From a virus (Duplodnaviria; Caudoviricetes), in IMG/VR virus record IMGVR_UViG_3300033486_000002, positions 1 through 55,394 of that record: 55,394 bases of DNA; one strand, 5' to 3'. The notes below the pieces were generated by a model that made no database searches, was not told the DNA's origin, and was given only the letters and a program-made list of their open reading frames with translations. Positions 1 through 7,174 of the stretch are shown one piece after another (position 1 is the first letter of the stretch; each line of letters starts with the position of its first letter). A program made the translations under genes and the position numbers.

Positions 1-127
1 CGCGATCCGCCTCGGCACGGGCCGCCCGCTTCTCCATCTCAGCGAGGGCACGCACAACGGCTTCCCATGACGAGATGATGCCCATACCGAGTTCGCGCGC
101 TGCGCCAAGCGCCCTCATCTCCTCGTC
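1..127. repeat. Terminal direct repeat, left copy (127 bp); probable circular-assembly overlap
   Basis: Bases 1-127 are identical to 55268-55394; 127 is a common assembler k-mer size; a minus-strand ORF runs in frame across the junction. Confidence 0.95.
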
Positions 128-223
128 TTCCATTCGGTCGCACTCGATACGGTAGGCGCAGCTATCCCACGCGGAGCACTTCAAGGGTTCTCCGGCTTGC
201 GGGTCGCGCGGGTCGTCGCTCAT
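1..223 (-). CDS. 5' part of a hypothetical phage protein spanning the circular junction (continues to stop at 55119)
   Basis: ATG at 223 (MSDDPRDPQAGEPLKCSAWDSCAYRIECDRMEDEE) is in frame with MRALGAARELGMG of ORF 55119..55385. Confidence 0.65.
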   Translation of the reverse strand, partial: MSDDPRDPQAGEPLKCSAWDSCAYRIECDRMEDEEMRALGAARELGMGIISSWEAVVRALAEMEKRAARAEADR

Positions 224-280
224 CGGTCAGCCCTCCCGGTTGCTAGTTGTCGCCAAGCGTCGGCGACAGTATGGACACCC

Positions 281-709
281 TTACTCGGCGGTTTGCCACA
301 ACAGGCGCCCGTAGTCTTCGTCGCCGAGGAGCCGACGCAGCGCCGTAGCCGAGCGTCCACAAGCGCGGTAGACCTTCTCGGCTTTCCGGCTGTCCGTGTC
401 GTAGCCGTACTCCGAGCAGAAGTCCGCGAAGTCGCGGGCGTTCTCGTAGCCGCTCGCATCGCTCGCCAAGCAGGACAGCACGTCGTCAATCTCGGGCTCC
501 TTGCCCGCGTGCACGCTGCCCATACTGTACCAGAACGTGTAGGCTGGCCGTCCCTTGAGGATCAGGCGGCAGCGGAAGTGATAGGCGTCGGGCCATTCGG
601 CTAGCCGTGCGGCGCCTGGGGTGTCCTCGCTGGCCGTGAGCCGTAGCCCAAGCCGCGCGGCGAAAGCGTGATACGTCTCACGCTCAGGGGTTGCGGTGTC
701 CTGCGTCAT
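281..709 (-). CDS. Hypothetical early phage protein, 142 aa
   Basis: Protein-like composition; strong RBS GAGGAG upstream of ATG. Confidence 0.8.
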   Translation of the reverse strand: MTQDTATPERETYHAFAARLGLRLTASEDTPGAARLAEWPDAYHFRCRLILKGRPAYTFWYSMGSVHAGKEPEIDDVLSCLASDASGYENARDFADFCSEYGYDTDSRKAEKVYRACGRSATALRRLLGDEDYGRLLWQTAE

Positions 710-791
710 CTTTGCTCCTCTGTTCGAGTGAACCTAGAACCTACTACGCCTTGCCGGGGTAGCGCCCGGCTCGCCTGCGCCTACGCCAGCG

Positions 792-1028
792 TCACGCGCC
801 CGGCTCCCGCGCGGCACGGTGGGCGGCTAGCGCGGCCCGGATGCGGTCGTAATGCCAAGCCGTGTCAAACGGGACCTGCGTCGGGTTCGCTTCGTTCCGC
901 AAGCGCCCGCCATAGGTCGCGTCACTCTCGGTATTGAGGGCGCTTTCCAGCGCCTCGGCGAGCGCGTCCGATAGCGCACGCTCGCGGGCTAGGGCTTCGT
1001 CAATGATGTCGCGCTCGGTCTTCGTCAC
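792..1028 (-). CDS. Hypothetical early protein, 78 aa
   Basis: RBS GAGGGGGAG before GTG; helical composition. Confidence 0.65.
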   Translation of the reverse strand: MTKTERDIIDEALARERALSDALAEALESALNTESDATYGGRLRNEANPTQVPFDTAWHYDRIRAALAAHRAAREPGA

Positions 1029-1050
1029 GTCTCCCCCTCGGTGTGTGTCA

Positions 1051-1090
1051 GGCCCCGCGCGGGAGTCGAACCCGCGAACGCCTACGGGGC
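1051..1090 (-). ncRNA. tRNA-minihelix-like structure (outer stem plus T-arm with UUCGACU loop)
   Basis: Minus strand reads GCCCCG-UAGGCGUU-CGCGGG-UUCGACU-CCCGCG-CGGGGC-C; intergenic; no D or anticodon arm. Confidence 0.45.
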
Positions 1091-1097
1091 GGTACGG

Positions 1098-1304
1098 CTA
1101 GCGGTCGTAGTCGCTTTCGGGCGCACCGTCCAGCGCGTCGTAGCGCCGCGCCCACTTATCGAGCGTGCGGCGTCCGCGAGGCGACTCGCTGAACTCGTGC
1201 GGCTGGGTGCCCCGGTCTAGGGCCAGTTCGCCCTCGAACGGGCGGCCTTCGGCGCGTGCCATCCTGCGCGCCCTGCGAATCTCTCCCTTAGTCATCCTCA
1301 CCAC
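1098..1304 (-). CDS. Hypothetical early protein, ~65-68 aa
   Basis: ORF with GGAG/GAGG upstream; same operon direction as neighbours. Confidence 0.6.
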   Translation of the reverse strand: MVRMTKGEIRRARRMARAEGRPFEGELALDRGTQPHEFSESPRGRRTLDKWARRYDALDGAPESDYDR

Positions 1305-1373
1305 TCCGGTTGTGTGTCAGGTCCGGTCGGGGCCGCGACGCCCCCGCGCCAACATCGCGCACCGGACGGACGG

Positions 1374-1511
1374 CTAACGCTCCCGTTCGATCCGTGCCGA
1401 CAGCGGCATCGGGCGGCGCTGCGTCAGCTTGTCGTACAGCCGTTGCGACAGCACCAACTTGGGTAGTTCGGGCGCGGGAGCCTGCTGCGGCGGGGTGGAC
1501 GTGTCGATCAT
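1374..1511 (-). CDS. Small protein (45 aa), possible ribbon-helix-helix DNA-binding protein
   Basis: Hand-translated MIDTSTPPQQAPAPELPKLVLSQRLYDKLTQRRPMPLSARIERER; GGAG RBS; first ORF after the sigma54-like promoter; fold is a guess from the strand-LS-xx-LY-xx-L pattern. Confidence 0.4.
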   Translation of the reverse strand: MIDTSTPPQQAPAPELPKLVLSQRLYDKLTQRRPMPLSARIERER

Positions 1512-1546
1512 CGTTCGGGCTCCGGTGAGGGATGCCCCTCTCTACC

Positions 1547-1561
1547 GCAACGCCCGTGCCA
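1547..1561 (-). promoter_or_regulatory. Sigma54 (-24/-12)-type promoter for the leftward early genes
   Basis: Minus strand TGGCACG-GGCG-TTGC matches TGGCACG-N4-TTGC with exact spacing, in an intergenic region 35 nt upstream of an ATG. Confidence 0.6.
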
Positions 1562-1676
1562 CGGCGCAAGTACTTGCGCCGCCTACGCTTGCCAATTCCG
1601 CACCCGGCGCGCACTCCCGCATTCCGCACGAAGTCTCGCAGAATACGAGTGCAAAGACTTGCATGCAAGAACTTGC
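1562..1676. promoter_or_regulatory. Three GCAANNACTTGC palindromic operator/enhancer-like sites
   Basis: Perfect 20-bp palindrome CGGCGCAAGTACTTGCGCCG at 1562-1581; GCAAAGACTTGC at 1651-1662; GCAAGAACTTGC at 1665-1676. Confidence 0.55.
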
Positions 1677-1936
1677 ACGATATCACGATGATATCACGTC
1701 CGCTCGCTACACCGCACCGCGCGTACCGCCTGCGCTGGCGACCGCGCTGCCGCTTGCGTACGCGGCGCCCGCCTGATGGGTACTCTTCCGGCGCCCGTGC
1801 TCGTGCCTACGCGCGTTGTCCACACAGGCGTGGGCGCTGGCTGGGCGTGATCGAGCGCTAATGTAGCTCGACGTGGGCGCAAGCGCGGGGGCGGAAGTGG
1901 CGTAAGTTGTTGGCGCGCGTGTGGTTAGCCCGAGCT

Positions 1937-1964
1937 ATGTCGTATAATGGAGATTATGTTAAGC
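1937..1964 (+). other. dif-like XerC/XerD recombination site (candidate attP or dimer-resolution site)
   Basis: ATGTCGTATAA-TGGAGA-TTATGTTAAGC has the 11-6-11 architecture; right arm matches the XerD arm TTATGTTAAAT at 9/11 and left arm resembles XerC arms; AT-rich island in a GC-rich region. Confidence 0.8.
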
Positions 1965-2388
1965 GCCTGGGGAGCCCCGCGCCAGCGACCGGCAGCCCCC
2001 CCGCGAGGCGACGACACATAAGCGTACTTTGCCGGGACCTGCGCGAGACGAAATCCGCGAGTTTCCACACGGTGGGCGTGCGCGGGAGCCTCGTACGCGA
2101 GCGCAAACGGGGCAAGGACGCGCGAACGGGGGTCAGGCGGTCCAGTGGCGGGTCGGGGGCGTTCGTGGCTCCTGGGGGCGTTTGCGGCGTTTCTGGGGGC
2201 ACACAGGGTCCTACGTCTTCGGCAATAGTGCGGCTAGCTTGGGTGTTGGCGTATGGCCCGTGCCCGGCTGGCGTATAGAACTCGCCGTGAATCCGTCGGG
2301 TCTTCGAGCAATGGCAACATTTCTCGTCCCACTGAGGCGGGTTCGAGGTGTAGACGATACCGCAATCGTGCCAGCAATGCTTGGGCAT
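1954..2388 (-). CDS. Cys/His-rich hypothetical protein (C-terminal extent doubtful)
   Basis: N-terminal HCWHDC...KCCHC; AGGAG RBS right after the initiator gene. Confidence 0.45.
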   Translation of the reverse strand: MPKHCWHDCGIVYTSNPPQWDEKCCHCSKTRRIHGEFYTPAGHGPYANTQASRTIAEDVGPCVPPETPQTPPGATNAPDPPLDRLTPVRASLPRLRSRTRLPRTPTVWKLADFVSRRSRQSTLMCRRLAGGLPVAGAGLPRRLT

Positions 2389-2396
2389 GGTTGCTC

Positions 2397-3245
2397 CTAG
2401 AACGGATCGGGCGTTTTGGGTGTCTCGTGGGCGATAATGTCGCCGATGGAGACCACGGGTGGGGCATCGGCGGCTGTTTCGGTGGCGATGTCCCAGACGA
2501 AGCGGTCGCCGGACTTCGTGCCACGGAGTGCGCGGAGGGTGAACTTGGCGTGGGGCTTGATCCAGTCGAGGTCGCCGTGGTCGGCGGCGGTGCGGAGGCC
2601 GGTGATGGCGTCGGCGATCTCGGCTTCCGGGAGGCCACGGGAGAGCCAGTGTTTGAGGATGGTCATGTCACGGGCGGGGTTGTAGCCTGCGGGTGGCTGG
2701 CCGAGGTAGGCGTCTTTGCGAACGGCGACCATGAGCCGGGACGCGGCGAGGTGTAGCTGGTTAGGGGAGAGGGTTTGTCGGGATACTGCTGTTTCGGGCG
2801 GCTGTGTCGAAATGACACGGCGAGCATTTTCGCCGGTTACGTTAGTAACCGAACTCCTGACTAAAGACTCCTGACTAAAGACTCCCTTCGCGAAGGTTTC
2901 GCGAGGCGTTCGCGAGAGAGTCGAGAGGAATGGCTTGGATGGGTGGTCTATCTTCTGGTGTTTCCTGAAGTTAGTGATGCGCCCGATTACGCCGTCCGGG
3001 GTGTCAAACGCCTCTAATACCCCAATTTGGATTAGGGTATCGAGTTCGGCCACCAGATCGGCCTCCGCGAGCCCCTCGTCGTGCGGATAGATGGACCCCA
3101 GAAGCTGCCTCGGATTGGCCCGGAAGTACCCTTCGTCGTCGGCCTGGGTGAGCAAGAGGAGGAACGTGTAGCGTATGTTTCGCGAGACCCTCGCGAGCCC
3201 CTTGTCGTGGGGTAGTTCGGGCTTCAACGTGCGGATTCTGGGCAT
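2397..3245 (-). CDS. Phage replication initiator / replisome organiser (lambda O-like architecture)
   Basis: N-terminus MPRIRTLKPE...ADDEGYF...NFRKHQKIDHPS is typical of phage initiator N-domains; GGAGGG RBS before ATG 3245; iteron-like repeats in the linker. Confidence 0.75.
   Translation of the reverse strand: MPRIRTLKPELPHDKGLARVSRNIRYTFLLLLTQADDEGYFRANPRQLLGSIYPHDEGLAEADLVAELDTLIQIGVLEAFDTPDGVIGRITNFRKHQKIDHPSKPFLSTLSRTPRETFAKGVFSQESLVRSSVTNVTGENARRVISTQPPETAVSRQTLSPNQLHLAASRLMVAVRKDAYLGQPPAGYNPARDMTILKHWLSRGLPEAEIADAITGLRTAADHGDLDWIKPHAKFTLRALRGTKSGDRFVWDIATETAADAPPVVSIGDIIAHETPKTPDPF
2834..2928. repeat. Putative replication origin inside the initiator gene
   Basis: Hairpin CGGTTAC-GTTA-GTAACCG (2834-2851); tandem 14-mer ACTCCTGACTAAAG x2.4 (2853-2885); TTCGCGA at 11-bp period (2887, 2898, 2909, degenerate 2920). 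Confidence 0.6.
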
Positions 3246-3413
3246 TGCGGCCCTCCAGCTAGTTCGGCCCGGTCCCCACCTGGGGAACCCTGCGCCCGGT
3301 ACACGCAGGCACAGGCAGGTGGGGAACACGGGCCGACGGCATTGCAGTCGCCAGCGGTTCCCGCGCCGACGCCTTCAACTTACGTGCACCGAACGCCAGC
3401 GCGCAAGTAGGCG

Positions 3414-3791
3414 TTAGCCGTATAGTTCACGGTGCATCTCGCGTTCGTGGGCTGTTGCGCGGGCCTCATCAAACACCTGCGCCATTTCCTTTTTGAAATC
3501 GAACTCGTCCATCTCGTATAAGAAGGGTCCACGTTCACAGGAAAGTTGCCGGATTGCGGCGAGGATACAGGCGGGGCAGTTGTGGGCGGCGACGCGGCAC
3601 GCATTCAGGCCCCCGGTGTAGAGGGCGCGGGCAAGCGTGGCGATTGGCGCCTGCTCCTCCTCAAGGAAGGCGCAGAGGCGGCACACGCGGTTAGGGTTCA
3701 TGGTGCAATGTAGTTCGTGAGCCGCCAAGGTGCGGCCACCGGACCGATTGCAGAAGTCACAGTAGTAACGCCAGCGTTTGATACGCCTCAC
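3414..3791 (-). CDS. Cys-rich zinc-binding hypothetical protein
   Basis: YYCDFC, HELHC, CRLC and HNCPAC motifs; probable GTG start coupled to the upstream stop. Confidence 0.65.
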   Translation of the reverse strand: MRRIKRWRYYCDFCNRSGGRTLAAHELHCTMNPNRVCRLCAFLEEEQAPIATLARALYTGGLNACRVAAHNCPACILAAIRQLSCERGPFLYEMDEFDFKKEMAQVFDEARATAHEREMHRELYG

Positions 3792-4105
3792 GTTCTCCTC
3801 CGCAAGTAGGCGACGCCGCAGTTGGGGCACGTTCGCGCGGCGCCCGGTGTGTCGCACAGCAGGCAGCGCGGCCCCGGCGGCCAGGAGCGTACGCGCAGGA
3901 CTTCGGGACGACGGTGCGGGACGCCGGGGCGGGGTCTGCGGGGGGCTTCGTTGTAGCAGAGCCAGCACCAGCGATGGTAGTGCGTCACGCCGTCAGCATC
4001 GACGTGCGTGGGGTGCGCGCGGGAAGGATCGGGCTTCCGCGCCCACGGCGTCCCGCATCGCTCGCACGCGCGAGGACGAACGCGCGTCCATACCTTGACC
4101 GGCAC
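3788..4105 (-). CDS. Zinc-finger hypothetical protein
   Basis: Four CxxC pairs (CERC, CWLC, CLLC, CPNC). Confidence 0.55.
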   Translation of the reverse strand: MPVKVWTRVRPRACERCGTPWARKPDPSRAHPTHVDADGVTHYHRWCWLCYNEAPRRPRPGVPHRRPEVLRVRSWPPGPRCLLCDTPGAARTCPNCGVAYLRRRT

Positions 4106-4498
4106 CTACGACTTCGGCGCTTCCGGCGGCTTGTCCACCATCCCGCGCCCGGCCCACGCGGAGATGACCGCGAGCGCTCCGGCGCCAGCGTCATGCGCCG
4201 CCGTGGCGAGCGCCTCCGCCATCGCGCGGTGCGCCGACTCCGACAACTCCATGCGCATGTGTGCCTCTCGCAGGTTGGCCTCCTGCGCCTTGCATCGGGC
4301 CTGCCAAGATGAGTAGGCAACCGTCAAGCCCGTCGCCGGGGTCACGTAGAACCCGAGGCCGCTGTCCTTCGGTCTCGGTTCGTAGTTGTGCTCCAAGCCG
4401 TACTCTAACTGGCGCAGTTTGCCTTCCAACTCTGCGATGCGCCGCTTGAGTTCGGTCGGCGTCGGCGGCTTCCGCTTCACTACCTTCTTCTTGGTCAC
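4106..4498 (-). CDS. Hypothetical protein, 130 aa
   Basis: Coupled to wecB stop (GTGA overlap); N-terminal coiled coil. Confidence 0.6.
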   Translation of the reverse strand: MTKKKVVKRKPPTPTELKRRIAELEGKLRQLEYGLEHNYEPRPKDSGLGFYVTPATGLTVAYSSWQARCKAQEANLREAHMRMELSESAHRAMAEALATAAHDAGAGALAVISAWAGRGMVDKPPEAPKS

Positions 4499-5592
4499 CG
4501 TAGCATCTCCTCTATCGCGTTACACGATTGGACTGCCGCACTCCCGTCACCAAACACCTGCGACGGGCGCTCGCTCAATTCCCCGGCCAGTGCGCTCCGC
4601 AGCGCCGTCGCCACCCCGTCCGCCGTCCGGCCCGCCAGCAGCGCGTGCCCCGCCGCGATGGCCTCCGGCCTCTCCGTCTTGTCGCGGGCAATCACGCACG
4701 GCACGCCCAGCGTCGCTGCCTCCTCGATCACCCCACCGCTGTCCGTCACCACCGCCCGCGCGTACGCCAGCGTACGGATGAATCTCGGGTAGGCCCACGG
4801 CTCCTCGACCACGATGTTCCCGCCGTCCATCCGCCGCTTCGCCTGCCGCTCGTGCCAGCGTTCCGCAACCGCCTGCACCGCTGGCGCCGGGTGCGCGGGC
4901 CAGCGGAACAGGAGCCCGCGAGGTCCGCAATGCTCTGCGGCCACCGCACTTACGCCCTCCATTATGTCACGCAACTTGCTGTCCCACGACTCCCTGCGGT
5001 GTAGGGTGATGATCACCGTCGGCGCCCGCAGGCACCTCGGAATATACCGCACCTCCAGCGCCCGCAGGGCGTCAACCACCGTGTTCCCTACTAATAGACT
5101 ACCGGCCACCAACCCTTCGTCGTGTAGCGCCTTGAGCGCTGTAGGCGTTGGCGCCAGCCGCAACCTCGCCCATGTGTCCAGCCGCACGCGGTACTTTTCC
5201 TCCGGCCAAGGGTCCAGGATGTCATGCGTCCTGAGCCCCGCCTCCAGATGCACGAGCGGCCAGCCCATCGCGTGCGCCCACATCCCGCCCGCGTACGCGC
5301 TCGCCGTGTCGCCCTGCACTAAGACAACGTGCTCGGGATGCTCGTACACCCACGACTGGAGCCGTTCGACCACGGCATCCACGTAGGCGTCGGGGTCCCC
5401 GAAGTTGGCGACGCCCAGGTACTCGGGCTGGAACTCCTGCGGGAACCCCGTGTCGTCGAATAGGCGTTTGTGTTGGCCCGTAACGACGACAGTGACATTC
5501 CACTTGCGTCGCGTGGCCTCTCGGATTACCGGGGCCGTTTTGATTGCCTCTGGGCGACATCCCAAAACAATCAATAACGGCCTCATAACCAT
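4495..5592 (-). CDS. wecB: UDP-N-acetylglucosamine 2-epimerase (non-hydrolysing WecB type)
   Basis: Signature motifs GCRPEAIK, TGQH, LVQGDT, HLEAGLRT..DPWPEE, GNTVVDAL, TLHRRES, TDSGGVIEEA, TERPEA, FGDG. Confidence 0.93.
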   Translation of the reverse strand: MVMRPLLIVLGCRPEAIKTAPVIREATRRKWNVTVVVTGQHKRLFDDTGFPQEFQPEYLGVANFGDPDAYVDAVVERLQSWVYEHPEHVVLVQGDTASAYAGGMWAHAMGWPLVHLEAGLRTHDILDPWPEEKYRVRLDTWARLRLAPTPTALKALHDEGLVAGSLLVGNTVVDALRALEVRYIPRCLRAPTVIITLHRRESWDSKLRDIMEGVSAVAAEHCGPRGLLFRWPAHPAPAVQAVAERWHERQAKRRMDGGNIVVEEPWAYPRFIRTLAYARAVVTDSGGVIEEAATLGVPCVIARDKTERPEAIAAGHALLAGRTADGVATALRSALAGELSERPSQVFGDGSAAVQSCNAIEEMLR

Positions 5593-5660
5593 TCCCGTCT
5601 GAGGTTGTCGTTGCGGAGCACGTCCTCGTCAGTCATCGACATTACGGAGTAGGTTGCCAT
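5583..5660 (-). CDS. 25-aa leader ORF upstream of and overlapping wecB
   Basis: MATYSVMSMTDEDVLRNDNLRREWL; ATG lies 6 nt after the -10 box of the conserved promoter (leaderless). Confidence 0.45.
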   Translation of the reverse strand: MATYSVMSMTDEDVLRNDNLRREWL

Positions 5661-5666
5661 GCGCCT

Positions 5667-5698
5667 ACGGTAGTCCGCGCACGCCGCTCGCGCAAGAG
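5667..5698 (-). promoter_or_regulatory. Conserved phage promoter copy 1 (drives wecB operon)
   Basis: CTC-TTGCGC-N17(...GCGTGCGCGGAC)-TACCGT. Confidence 0.7.
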
Positions 5699-5703
5699 GC
5701 CGC

Positions 5704-5732
5704 TTGACGAGCGCGCGTGCGCGCCCTACCTT
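5704..5732 (+). promoter_or_regulatory. Sigma70-like promoter for the packaging/late operon
   Basis: TTGACG-N17 (contains GCGTGCGCG)-TACCTT; in-frame GTG at 5740, 7 nt downstream. Confidence 0.6.
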
Positions 5733-5739
5733 GGCACCT

Positions 5740-6318
5740 GTGACGAAGCCGCTCCCGCCCGTGCCCATCACCCAGCCGTACGACAACGCGCCCGGCGTGA
5801 TGCCAACCAAGAGCGTCCAGCACGGCGTCCGTCCGGCGCCACTCTCCCACGCCGAACGACGCTGCAACGAAATCTGGCTCCGCGTCGAAGGCACTCGCAT
5901 CGAGAAGGTCAACTTCATCCAGAAGGAACTCAACAGCCGCTACGGCGTTCAGTGGACCCCGCAACAGGTGATGGACTGCCTGTTCGACAAGCGCGCGTCC
6001 CGTATGTACCGGCAGGCCCTGCGCGCCAAGGGTCGCGCCCTCGCGCTCAAGAGCCTCCAGAAAGAGGTCCCCAAGGTCGTTGAGGACTACAAATGGGCGC
6101 GCGAGACCGCACGCGCCGAGGGCGACTACCGCGTCACCCACGATCAGGCCGTTGACCATCTCGACCGTCTCGGCGTCACACTCAAGAGGGAACAGGCGCC
6201 CGTGCAGTTGCAGGCCATCATCCTGCGCGGCAAGAACTTCGACGCCGCCACGCTGGATGTCCCGACACCCGCCATCGAAGCGGCGGAAATCATACCCGAG
6301 GAGGACGCGCCCGCGTGA
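5740..6318 (+). CDS. Putative terminase small subunit
   Basis: First gene of the late operon upstream of terL; helical ~190 aa; assigned by position only. Confidence 0.45.
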   Translation: MTKPLPPVPITQPYDNAPGVMPTKSVQHGVRPAPLSHAERRCNEIWLRVEGTRIEKVNFIQKELNSRYGVQWTPQQVMDCLFDKRASRMYRQALRAKGRALALKSLQKEVPKVVEDYKWARETARAEGDYRVTHDQAVDHLDRLGVTLKREQAPVQLQAIILRGKNFDAATLDVPTPAIEAAEIIPEEDAPA

Positions 6319-6866
6319 CCGCATCGCTCGACCGACCACTCATCACGCCACCGCTCGATAGCATCGCCACCGATACCGAGGCGCTGTACCTCGTCAGCCA
6401 GATGTGTCTCTACGAGCGCGCGTACATCGCCGTCGAGGCAGGCACCTACAAGGGCCACGGCACGCTCCTACTGGCCTCCGCGCTCCGTGCGGCGGGCGTC
6501 AACGGGCACCTGTGGACCGCCGACCCCGTCGATTGCGGCGTGGACGAGTACCTCGCCAAGAACGACCTCACCGCGTTCGCCACCTACTTCAATGGTGACT
6601 ACCTCGACATGTTGAAGGTGGTCCCCAAACCCATCGACTTCGCCTTTATCGACGCGAGCGATCACGCCCCGGACTCCGACCGCCTCATGCGCGTCCACCA
6701 CCTTGTCGTCACCATCCCGCTCATGCGCCCCGGCGGCATCGTGTGCCTCCACGACACGGGCGGCCTGCGCGGCGACTGGGCGGGCCGCGAACTCATCCGC
6801 AACATGGGTGGCCTCAACCTCCGTGGCCCGCGTGGTCTCACCGTGCTCCAGATACGTGATGCCTGA
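6315..6866 (+). CDS. Class I SAM-dependent methyltransferase (Methyltransf_24-like)
   Basis: VEAGTYKGHG motif I, DFAFIDASDH, MRPGGIVCLHD. Confidence 0.85.
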   Translation: MTASLDRPLITPPLDSIATDTEALYLVSQMCLYERAYIAVEAGTYKGHGTLLLASALRAAGVNGHLWTADPVDCGVDEYLAKNDLTAFATYFNGDYLDMLKVVPKPIDFAFIDASDHAPDSDRLMRVHHLVVTIPLMRPGGIVCLHDTGGLRGDWAGRELIRNMGGLNLRGPRGLTVLQIRDA

Positions 6867-6877
6867 AAGGACTCAAA

Positions 6878-7174
6878 GTGCAATTCTACCAAATGGGAAT
6901 CGAGGAGATAACGGGCGTTGCCAACGACGCCAGGCAACTCGTCATCGGATGTTTGTTGAACCAGGGCGTAATCTCGCCAGAGGCTGCCGAATGGGCGGGG
7001 CGCCATGTCGGGGTTATTTGTTTTCGACCCGGCTTCTGGGGCAGGCTGTGGGACAAACTGGTGGGCATCAAGAAGGACGAGGACGGGTTCAGGTTGAGAG
7101 TGATGACCGAGATTCCGTGGGCACAACACACGGCAGTCGCCAAGGACACGGGAGAACCGCCGTCGGATGCCTGA
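6878..7174 (+). CDS. Hypothetical protein, 98 aa
   Basis: Fills the gap, overlaps the terL start; AAGGA RBS. Confidence 0.55.
   Translation: MQFYQMGIEEITGVANDARQLVIGCLLNQGVISPEAAEWAGRHVGVICFRPGFWGRLWDKLVGIKKDEDGFRLRVMTEIPWAQHTAVAKDTGEPPSDA

Noticed and set aside
1-127. Biological terminal repeat of the virion DNA
   Set aside because: The length equals a common assembly k-mer and the ends fall inside a gene, so an assembly overlap is more likely.
1051-1090. Complete tRNA gene or tRNA-derived attP
   Set aside because: No D or anticodon arm, no CCA and no integrase; kept only as a tRNA-like element.
1816-1824. DnaA box TTGTCCACA
   Set aside because: Single copy; could arise by chance.
6315-6866. 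DNA methyltransferase
   Set aside because: No DPPY/NPPY or PC catalytic motif; the pattern fits small-molecule/sugar O-methyltransferases.
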